IMG/VR virus record: IMGVR_UViG_3300043392_000054
Span: 96,001-160,000 of that record
Reading direction: 5' to 3' (one strand)
Length of the DNA stretch: 64,000 nt
From: a virus
Made by a program: the position numbers and the translations under genes. A model generated the notes under the pieces. It did not search any database, was not told the origin of the DNA, and saw nothing but the letters and a program-made list of their open reading frames with translations. Position 1 is the stretch's first letter. Every line of letters starts with the position of its first letter. This document shows, one piece after another, positions 48,613 through 53,907 of the stretch.

Positions 48613-48692
48613 GCCTGTATCGCATAGCGGCAATTGCGGCTGACTGTAAATCAGCTCCTTCGGGTTCAGAGGTTCGAGTCCTTTTGCAGGCA
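48613..48692 (+). tRNA. tRNA-Tyr(GTA)
   Basis: GCCTGTA/TGCAGGC; GCTGA-CT GTA AA-TCAGC. Confidence 0.95.
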
Positions 48693-48749
48693 CGATTAAA
48701 CAAAAATATTTACGTAAGTATAATTAATACAACTATTAAAATTAAAATT

Positions 48750-48968
48750 ATGACATCTAACGAATTCACTTATTGGTTACAAGGTTTTTTTGAAATTTCA
48801 AAAGCTGCTAATGTAAAAGAACTTGATGAAGTGCAAACTCAAATTATCAAAGACCATTTAGAATTAGTTTTTAAAAAAGAAACACCTAATAGAACATGGT
48901 CCGATACGGGTGGAAATAGAGGCACGTGCGGAACTGCGGGAACTGCGGGAATTCCGTTTGGAATGTAA
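48750..48968 (+). CDS. small conserved phage protein inside tRNA cluster
   Basis: MTSNEFTYWLQGFFE..QIIKDHLELVFKK; 9-nt GCGGGAACT repeats at the 3' end. Confidence 0.7.
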   Translation: MTSNEFTYWLQGFFEISKAANVKELDEVQTQIIKDHLELVFKKETPNRTWSDTGGNRGTCGTAGTAGIPFGM

Positions 48969-48979
48969 GATATTAATTT

Positions 48980-49060
48980 GGGAGTATTGAGCAATTGGTT
49001 GGCTCGCCGGTCTGTAAAATCGGTCCTTCGGGCATGTAGGTTCGAGTCCTACTGCTCCCA
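48980..49060 (+). tRNA. tRNA-Tyr(GTA)
   Basis: GGGAGTA/TGCTCCC; CCGGT-CT GTA AA-ATCGG; variable arm. Confidence 0.9.
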
Positions 49061-49065
49061 CTAAA

Positions 49066-49165
49066 GTATTAGTAATTCAGTGGTAAGACTGGCGTCCCCT
49101 CATGGTTAAGGGCCGAAAAGCTGGGAATAAGACGATCGCCGTTGGTTCGAGTCCAACCTAATACT
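49066..49165 (+). ncRNA. tRNA-shelled RNA 6
   Basis: GTATTAG/CTAATAC; D-loop AGTGGTAA; GTTGG-TTCGAGT-CCAAC; insert CGTC/GACG with CCCT/AGGG hairpin. Confidence 0.7.
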
Positions 49166-49171
49166 TTAAAT

Positions 49172-49242
49172 ACGAGTGTGGTGCAATGGTAGCATTCCGG
49201 TCTCCAAAACCGTCGATGGGAGTTCGAATCTCTCCACTCGTG
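49172..49242 (+). tRNA. tRNA-Trp(CCA)
   Basis: ACGAGTG/CACTCGT, G73; CGGT-CT CCA AA-ACCG. Confidence 0.95.
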
Positions 49243-49305
49243 CAAATAGTTTTACAGGTCGTTCTGTCCTTGGGTTCTATAAATCAAAAATCCTAAAAAA
49301 GGCCA

Positions 49306-49379
49306 GGACTCTTAGCTCAGTTGGTTAGAGCACCCGACTCATAATCGGTAGGTCGTAGGTTCAAGCCCTACAGGGTCCA
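49306..49379 (+). tRNA. tRNA-Ile2-like (CAT)
   Basis: GGACTCT/AGGGTCC; CCGA-CT CAT AA-TCGG; body resembles bacterial lysidine-modified Ile2. Confidence 0.85.
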
Positions 49380-49384
49380 CATTT

Positions 49385-49456
49385 GATTCTTTAGGCTAAC
49401 GGATAAACCTCTCGGCTACGAACCGAGGATTGAATGTTCGAATCATTCAGGAATCA
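49385..49456 (+). tRNA. tRNA-Arg(ACG)
   Basis: GATTCTT/AGGAATC; CTCGG-CT ACG AA-CCGAG. Confidence 0.92.
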
Positions 49457-49462
49457 CAATAT

Positions 49463-49536
49463 TGCGATATGGTAGAGATGGTTTCTTACGGTGCTCTCAT
49501 AAGGCACAGACATTGGTTCAAATCCAATTGTCGCAA
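49463..49536 (+). tRNA. tRNA-Met(CAT)
   Basis: TGCGATA/TGTCGCA; GTGCT-CT CAT AA-GGCAC. Confidence 0.85.
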
Positions 49537-49588
49537 CAAAAGTTTTTACGGTGGTTCTGGTTCTTCAAAAACGCTATCACCTCCACCA

Positions 49589-49662
49589 GACTCCGTAGCT
49601 CAGTTGGTTAGAGCACCTCACTTTTAATGAGGGGGTCAATGGTTCGAGTCCATTCGGGGTCA
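49589..49662 (+). tRNA. tRNA-Lys(TTT)
   Basis: GACTCCG/CGGGGTC; CCTCA-CT TTT AA-TGAGG. Confidence 0.97.
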
Positions 49663-49668
49663 CAATAT

Positions 49669-49762
49669 GCTTCATACACAATTCTGCAATCTCTCAGTTA
49701 AAAGCTGTTGCAGACGTAAATGAATAATCCAACATGGTTATTAGTTGTGAACAATATGAAGC
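49669..49762 (+). ncRNA. orphan structured RNA (multi-way junction)
   Basis: GCTTCATA/TATGAAGC, CACAA/TTGTG, TCTGCAA/TTGCAGA and AATAATC/GGTTATT stems. Confidence 0.65.
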
Positions 49763-49767
49763 TCCAT

Positions 49768-49841
49768 GCACCTTTAGCTCAGTTGGTTAGAGCACCGACC
49801 TGATACGTCGGGGGTCGAAGGTTCGAGTCCTCCAAGGTGCA
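49768..49841 (+). tRNA. tRNA-Ile(GAT)
   Basis: GCACCTT/AAGGTGC; CCGAC-CT GAT AC-GTCGG. Confidence 0.95.
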
Positions 49842-49850
49842 CAATTATAT

Positions 49851-49926
49851 GGTGTTTATCGTCTAACGGTTAGGACGCTGGTTTGTGGTACCAGCAATCT
49901 GAGTTCGATTCTCAGTAGACACCCCA
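49851..49926 (+). tRNA. tRNA-His(GTG)
   Basis: G-1:C73; GTGTTTA/TAGACAC; CTGGT-TT GTG GT-ACCAG; CCA encoded. Confidence 0.95.
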
Positions 49927-49928
49927 AT

Positions 49929-50013
49929 GGAAGTTTGTCCGAGTGGCTTATGGTGACACTTTGCTAAAGTGTTGGATGTAATAGTCCCACAGGTTCGAAT
50001 CCTGTAACTTCCT
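49929..50013 (+). tRNA. tRNA-Ser(GCT)
   Basis: GGAAGTT/AACTTCC; ACACT-TT GCT AA-AGTGT; long variable arm; U73. Confidence 0.92.
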
Positions 50014-50037
50014 CAATGACAAAAACAATCGATAAAA

Positions 50038-50071
50038 GATTTTTATTTATTGAAACTTTTAGTTACATTTA
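50038..50071 (+). promoter_or_regulatory. Bacteroidota sigma70-type promoter
   Basis: TACATTTA at 50064-71. Confidence 0.55.
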
Positions 50072-50104
50072 CAGTATATTAATATATACCAAATTTGACT
50101 TATA

Positions 50105-50485
50105 ATGGGAAATAGCCTGAAAAATGAATTTGCAGCATACGAACATGCATTGGCTGTAAAAGAATTAGGGTTTAATTGGAAGTGTTTTGGCTTCTATGAT
50201 AGTCCAACCCTTCAATTAATGCATTGTATAAACTCTGAGCCTTGGATGGGAAATGCAGTTGTTGCAGCACCGCTAAAAAGTCAACTATTTAGATTCTTTC
50301 GGGAGAAGTATAATCAAAATTCATTTATTGAATTAGTTTATCAAGATGGAATAAAATATGATTATGTTTTATATGCAGATAAAGATGAAGAAGTATGCGG
50401 AAATTTTGGAGATGGACCTTTTAATACTTACGAAGAAGCAGAGAATGCTTGTATCGATAAACTTATAGAACTAGCTAAACAATAA
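50105..50485 (+). CDS. hypothetical protein (paralog of 63561..63932)
   Basis: EF..YE.A.A..ELGF, AAPLK, FREKY, YE.AE..IDKLIELAKQ. Confidence 0.7.
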   Translation: MGNSLKNEFAAYEHALAVKELGFNWKCFGFYDSPTLQLMHCINSEPWMGNAVVAAPLKSQLFRFFREKYNQNSFIELVYQDGIKYDYVLYADKDEEVCGNFGDGPFNTYEEAENACIDKLIELAKQ

Positions 50486-50486
50486 A

Positions 50487-50720
50487 ATGAAAACAAGAAT
50501 TCATGTTAATCAACACAATATTCGTTCAAATAAAACAAAGGGTACAGATTTACCAGTTATAACTATTAAACAGGGTAAAAAAAATACTTATTGTAATGAA
50601 GTAGAAATACTTGGTCCTAGTAAAATTATTTATTCAGGCTCAGGTTGTGATACTGCAGCTTTATTAGGTTGTGGTGCTAGAGTAGTGATAGAAACAGAAT
50701 CAGATGTGATAATTAAATAA
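50487..50720 (+). CDS. conserved phage hypothetical protein
   Basis: RIHVNQHNIRSN..LPVITIK..CGARVVIET. Confidence 0.7.
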   Translation: MKTRIHVNQHNIRSNKTKGTDLPVITIKQGKKNTYCNEVEILGPSKIIYSGSGCDTAALLGCGARVVIETESDVIIK

Positions 50721-50895
50721 ACAATAAATTATGAAATGGTTAGATAGAAATATTTTGTATATTACCTTTGGCTTTTTAGCAGCTTGTATTCTTTTTCAAA
50801 TGTGGTATATTCAAAAATTAAAAAGTGAATTAAAGTTGTTTAATCAAAAACAAATTGTTATGCCAAAAAAATAATTTGAAAATAAAGGCTCAAAT

Positions 50896-50929
50896 ATTTT
50901 TTATTGTCACCGGAATTTAGTAGATTTAC
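50896..50929 (+). promoter_or_regulatory. Bacteroidota sigma70-type promoter
   Basis: TTGTCA...TAGATTTA at 50922-29. Confidence 0.65.
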
Positions 50930-50953
50930 AGTATACTAATAAACAATAAGACA

Positions 50954-51184
50954 ATGACTGAAGAACAAATCTACAACGAGCAACAGGAATACAATCGTTA
51001 CCAAGAGTTGATTAATACAAAGGAAATCTTAACTCAAGAAGAGTATGAACTTTGTAAAGCTTGGAATGCTGATGAGGCTTGGAAATATTTAAATGATATT
51101 GGTAATGGTCAATGGTTAAACATCAACGTTTACTCTGAAGTGGATAAAGAAGAGTTTGACCTTAGAAAGGAAATGGGTTTTTAA
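50954..51184 (+). CDS. hypothetical protein
   Basis: 76-aa ORF after promoter. Confidence 0.65.
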   Translation: MTEEQIYNEQQEYNRYQELINTKEILTQEEYELCKAWNADEAWKYLNDIGNGQWLNINVYSEVDKEEFDLRKEMGF

Positions 51185-51225
51185 TTATTGAAACTATATA
51201 AAAATAGTACATATAATATATACAT

Positions 51226-51297
51226 TGCGGGGAGGACAAATGGTAAGTCGTTAGTCTCATAAGCTAAAGAAGGTAGTTCAATTCTACCCCCACGCAA
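51226..51297 (+). tRNA. tRNA-Met(CAT), initiator-like, bulged acceptor stem
   Basis: TGCGGGG/CCC(A)CGCA; TTAGT-CT CAT AA-GCTAA. Confidence 0.8.
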
Positions 51298-51299
51298 CA

Positions 51300-51514
51300 A
51301 TGAGTAAGAGATACTCAGCAGTCTTTAATCCAAGACTCATTTAACAATGGATAGGGTAATGGACCGGACATCCTAACTATATAAAAAGCCGGTCTCATGG
51401 GGATAAAGGAACGGGGACACGGTTCCTTCCCAGTAAGTGTTGACTTTTTAAGCGGTAAGACGCGTTGGGTTTTTGAAAGCAAAAAACTATAAATATCTAC
51501 CCATCTAGAATCTC
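51300..51514 (+). ncRNA. ~210-nt structured RNA with ACUCAGCA motif
   Basis: GAGAT-ACTCAGCA...ATCTC; GACCGG/CCGGTC, AAGGAAC/GTTCCTT and GGGTA/TACCC helices. Confidence 0.5.
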
Positions 51515-51577
51515 AAGGTGGGGAAAGAAGTTCTGAGGTTGGCGAGCTCTTCTATAAAAAAGCAATCCATCCACTAT

Positions 51578-51692
51578 AGTCAGGTGGCGGAATGGTAAAC
51601 GCAGGTTCGGTGGAGCAAAAGAACTCCATACCAGAGTAAGCAATTAGTTTATGACTAACACCTATTTACAGGTTCGAATCCTGTCCTGACTA
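51578..51692 (+). ncRNA. tRNA-shelled RNA 7 (AGTCAGG family)
   Basis: AGTCAGG/CCTGACT-A; TGGCGGAATGGTAAACGC D-arm; AGGT/ACCT-closed insert with GGAG/CTCC and TTAGT/ACTAA hairpins. Confidence 0.75.
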
Positions 51693-51708
51693 CTAAACAA
51701 ATAACATT

Positions 51709-51897
51709 ATGAGAAAAGAAGAAACATTAATTTTAAGCAGAGAAGATATGATTGCAGCTGTAAGTGATAAAGATGTTCAGCATATTAATTGTTCTGACTT
51801 TAAGATTGATAGTAACCTATTTCAAAAAAGTAGTATTGTTTTGTTCATAGACGATAATAATCAATCTAAGATTCTTAAAAACCGATACGGCTTATAG
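51709..51897 (+). CDS. small hypothetical protein flanked by duplicated T-arm/acceptor 3' half
   Basis: 62-aa ORF; stop codon overlaps ATAGG-TTTGAAT-CCTGT-TTTGACTA. Confidence 0.6.
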   Translation: MRKEETLILSREDMIAAVSDKDVQHINCSDFKIDSNLFQKSSIVLFIDDNNQSKILKNRYGL

Positions 51898-51918
51898 GTT
51901 TGAATCCTGTTTTGACTA
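51894..51918 (+). repeat. orphan 3' half of AGTCAGG-family shell
   Basis: Imperfect direct repeat of 51668-51692. Confidence 0.65.
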
Positions 51919-51920
51919 CG

Positions 51921-52056
51921 GTTCTGTGCTGCCTGAACGTACAGAAGGTTTTAAGTGACCTTGCTTAGATACTTAATGACTGATGGAAAGACATCGAATT
52001 CAATAGTACCTGAACAGTTAAATAGAGTGGGTATCCGCACAAAATGCTATTGAATT
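51921..52056 (+). ncRNA. orphan structured region
   Basis: TTCTGT/ACAGAA, AAGGT/ACCTT, GATG-GAAAGA-CATC and 10-bp AATTCAATAG/CTATTGAATT stems. Confidence 0.45.
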
Positions 52057-52060
52057 ATTT

Positions 52061-52150
52061 AGTCAGGTGGCGGGAGTCTACACGGAGGCATCTGTGTGTT
52101 GGTTCGAGTCCAACGAGGTGTAAATACAGGTTCGAATCCTGTCCTGACTT
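52061..52150 (+). ncRNA. tRNA-shelled RNA 8 (AGTCAGG family) with a nested second T-arm
   Basis: AGTCAGG/CCTGACT; insert TACAC/GTGTA contains GTTGG-TTCGAGT-CCAAC. Confidence 0.7.
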
Positions 52151-52153
52151 CAA

Positions 52154-52244
52154 AATAATTAGAGAGAATGTGGGTTCGAATCCCACCTGGGCTGTCCGGT
52201 GAGGAGGGCCCGGTAGTGGAAAGGGACAAAGCACTCTATTTATT
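52154..52244 (+). ncRNA. circularly permuted tRNA-like RNA (YrlA/Y-RNA architecture)
   Basis: Terminal stem AATAATTAGAG/CTCTATTTATT; T-arm GTGGG-TTCGAAT-CCCAC; loop-closed acceptor CTGGGCT/GGCCCGG; TA + D-like GG loop. Confidence 0.6.
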
Positions 52245-52263
52245 AAAGTATTGTAATAAACAT

Positions 52264-52350
52264 AGTCGGGTGACGGAGAGGAAACGCATGGTAAGACGCG
52301 TAATTACTTACACGGCTCACCACACACAGGTTCGAATCCTGTCCTGACTA
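52264..52350 (+). ncRNA. tRNA-shelled RNA 9 (AGTCAGG family)
   Basis: AGTCGGG/CCTGACT-A; TGGT/ACCA-closed insert with GTAAG/CTTAC hairpin. Confidence 0.7.
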
Positions 52351-52545
52351 CAATGTATCAAATGTGCAGTGAAAATTAGTGTAGGCATACATTGATGAGG
52401 TGGGTTCGATTCCCGTTTAATAATTCCTAACTATGGAGGAAGCCAAGTAGCTGAGAACACATTATAGCCGGAATGGGTTGTGCACCTTGTCTAAGAGACC
52501 CTAATAGTTCCTAATAGGTCGGTATGGAACTGATACATAGTAATA

Positions 52546-52680
52546 TAGGTTGATTGGGGAATGGTTATGTCGATAGTTCGAGAGTGAATGCTGACTGACA
52601 TAATCGGAGTTTAGAAGTATTCACCATAGTAAAGCCAATCATAAAAGTAGATGTCCACTGAACCATCTTCTACTTTCCTA
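52546..52680 (+). ncRNA. orphan pseudoknotted RNA
   Basis: TGATTGG/CCAATCA; GGTTATGTC/GACATAATC crossed by GTGAATGCT/AGTATTCAC; AAAGTAGA/TCTACTTT. Confidence 0.6.
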
Positions 52681-52685
52681 ATAAA

Positions 52686-52804
52686 TAAGAGGCGGTGAAA
52701 GCTGTAATGATGAGCTTACGAGGTTAAGGTTTGAAAAAGGGTTAATAGTACGACTTAAAGCCTGCACTCATCATCAGTAACCCTGAAAGACCCGTAGCCT
52801 CTTA
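52686..52804 (+). ncRNA. orphan structured RNA
   Basis: TAAGAGGC/GCCTCTTA and ATGATGAG/CTCATCAT stems, GAAA loops. Confidence 0.6.
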
Positions 52805-52807
52805 ATT

Positions 52808-52880
52808 GCTTCCATAGCTCAGTTGGTAGAGCAGCTGATTTGTAATCAGCAGGTCGTTGGTTCGAACCCGACTGGAAGCT
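52808..52880 (+). tRNA. tRNA-Thr(TGT)
   Basis: GCTTCCA/TGGAAGC; GCTGA-TT TGT AA-TCAGC. Confidence 0.97.
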
Positions 52881-52883
52881 CGC

Positions 52884-52944
52884 TGGATTATTGAATTGAA
52901 TGATACGAGCCCCGAAAGTTCGAAATGAGTCATTCGATAATCCA
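52884..52944 (+). ncRNA. orphan hairpin RNA
   Basis: TGGATTAT/ATAATCCA plus GAATGA/TCATTC. Confidence 0.5.
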
Positions 52945-52948
52945 AATT

Positions 52949-53087
52949 GATTCTATAGTTGTTTAGGTCGCTCCGAAAACAACGAGTGGGTTAATGATGG
53001 TTTAATATTACTGTCCAATATTCTAGATAAAGTGATAAGTGATTAAACAAGTAATTAACAAGATGGGTTCGATTCCCATTAGAATCG
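52949..53087 (+). ncRNA. tRNA-shelled RNA 10 (139 nt)
   Basis: GATTCTA/TAGAATC-G; 7-bp D-stem GTTGTTT/AAACAAC; ATGGG-TTCGATT-CCCAT; AT-rich nested insert. Confidence 0.65.
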
Positions 53088-53092
53088 CATTT

Positions 53093-53166
53093 GGTTCGTT
53101 AGTAGAGTTGGTTACAATGTCGCCCTGTCACGGCGAAGGTCACGGGTTCGAGTCCCGTACGAACCG
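53093..53166 (+). tRNA. tRNA-Asp(GTC)
   Basis: GGTTCGT/ACGAACC, G73; TCGCC-CT GTC AC-GGCGA. Confidence 0.97.
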
Positions 53167-53167
53167 C

Positions 53168-53555
53168 ATTACATTATCGTTCTTTGACATATAGGAGAAA
53201 ACAAATTATGGATATACTATCATTCGTTTTAGGGATTGCTGTTGTCGTGGTTATTGGATTATCAATAGTTGCGGTTATTGCATTTGTTAAGGCAAAGAAA
53301 ATAGAAAAACAATTAGAAAACGTAGAATCTCATATTTTCAGAATATTGCAATCTGAAATATCAGATACACATCTAAAAATTGATGAAGTTGAAAAAGGAA
53401 CTCATCAGTTAATTGATGAAGTTGAAAAAGGAACTCATCAAAGAATAGATGAATTAGAAAACAACGTCTTTTCTCAAATGGATTCGAGATTAGATAAACT
53501 AGAAAACAAATTAACAACTAAAAAATAAAAATTAGTTGAAGAACGATAATGTAAT
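53168..53555. repeat. 17-bp perfect inverted repeat enclosing an ORF
   Basis: ATTACATTATCGTTCTT (53168-84) / AAGAACGATAATGTAAT (53539-55); overlaps boxA-like GTTCTTTGACAT. Confidence 0.8.
53208..53528 (+). CDS. membrane-anchored coiled-coil protein
   Basis: N-terminal TM; 33-nt tandem duplication (IDEVEKGTHQ x2). Confidence 0.7.
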   Translation: MDILSFVLGIAVVVVIGLSIVAVIAFVKAKKIEKQLENVESHIFRILQSEISDTHLKIDEVEKGTHQLIDEVEKGTHQRIDELENNVFSQMDSRLDKLENKLTTKK

Positions 53556-53558
53556 TTT

Positions 53559-53630
53559 GGCCCTATCGACAAGCGGTTAAGTCACGTCTCTTTCTAAGAT
53601 GAGTCACGGGTTCGAATCCCGTTGGGGCTA
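53559..53630 (+). tRNA. tRNA-Glu(TTC), U at position 37
   Basis: GGCCCTA/TGGGGCT; CGTCT-CT TTC TA-AGATG. Confidence 0.85.
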
Positions 53631-53638
53631 CTTTAAAT

Positions 53639-53709
53639 TATTCCATGGTGTAACGGTAACACTACTGTTTTTGGTGCAGTCGTTGGAGGTTCGAATCCTT
53701 CTGGAATAA
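53639..53709 (+). tRNA. tRNA-Gln(TTG)
   Basis: TATTCCA/TGGAATA; ACTGT-TT TTG GT-GCAGT. Confidence 0.93.
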
Positions 53710-53732
53710 CAGCTTAAAACCGCATCGGGTAT

Positions 53733-53813
53733 CGTGAACAAGGGAGGCCTGCAACTTGAAATAAAGACAAATCACGTTAAATCTCTCCATTGAAGGTGCT
53801 ATCGGTGACCTTC
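53733..53813 (+). ncRNA. orphan structured RNA, possible pseudoknot
   Basis: CGTGA/TCACG; CAAG/CTTG loop GGAG can pair with CTCC 53785-88; GAAGGT/ACCTTC. Confidence 0.45.
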
Positions 53814-53818
53814 TAAAT

Positions 53819-53892
53819 AGTGGTATAGCTCAGTTGGTTAGAGCATCGATCTGATACGTCGGGGGTCCCTGGTTCGAGTCCAGGTATCACTA
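53819..53892 (+). tRNA. tRNA-Ile(GAT)
   Basis: AGTGGTA/TATCACT; TCGAT-CT GAT AC-GTCGG. Confidence 0.9.
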
Positions 53893-53907
53893 CTAAATTT
53901 TATCAAT

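Noticed and set aside
46746-49627. ORF-track entries over the tRNA cluster (46746, 46778, 47093, 47360, 47477, 47767, 48864, 49430)
   Set aside because: They overlap clear tRNA or tRNA-like folds and lack coding-like composition; they are chance ORFs in GC-richer RNA genes.
51978-51995. Hammerhead ribozyme core (CTGATGGAAAG)
   Set aside because: It lacks CUGAUGA and the three-stem arrangement; it reads as a simple GATG/CATC hairpin.
52351-52462. Second YrlA-like permuted RNA
   Set aside because: It has a T-loop-like hairpin and CAATGTAT/ATACATTG, but the acceptor- and D-like pairings are too weak to call.
47473-53087. tmRNA identity for the tRNA-shelled RNAs
   Set aside because: Too short, no consistent G3-U70 Ala determinant, and no tag reading frame.
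46640-53892. CRISPR array suggested by recurring GGTTCGAATCC
   Set aside because: These are tRNA T-loops with irregular spacing; there are no constant-length repeats and spacers, and no cas genes.
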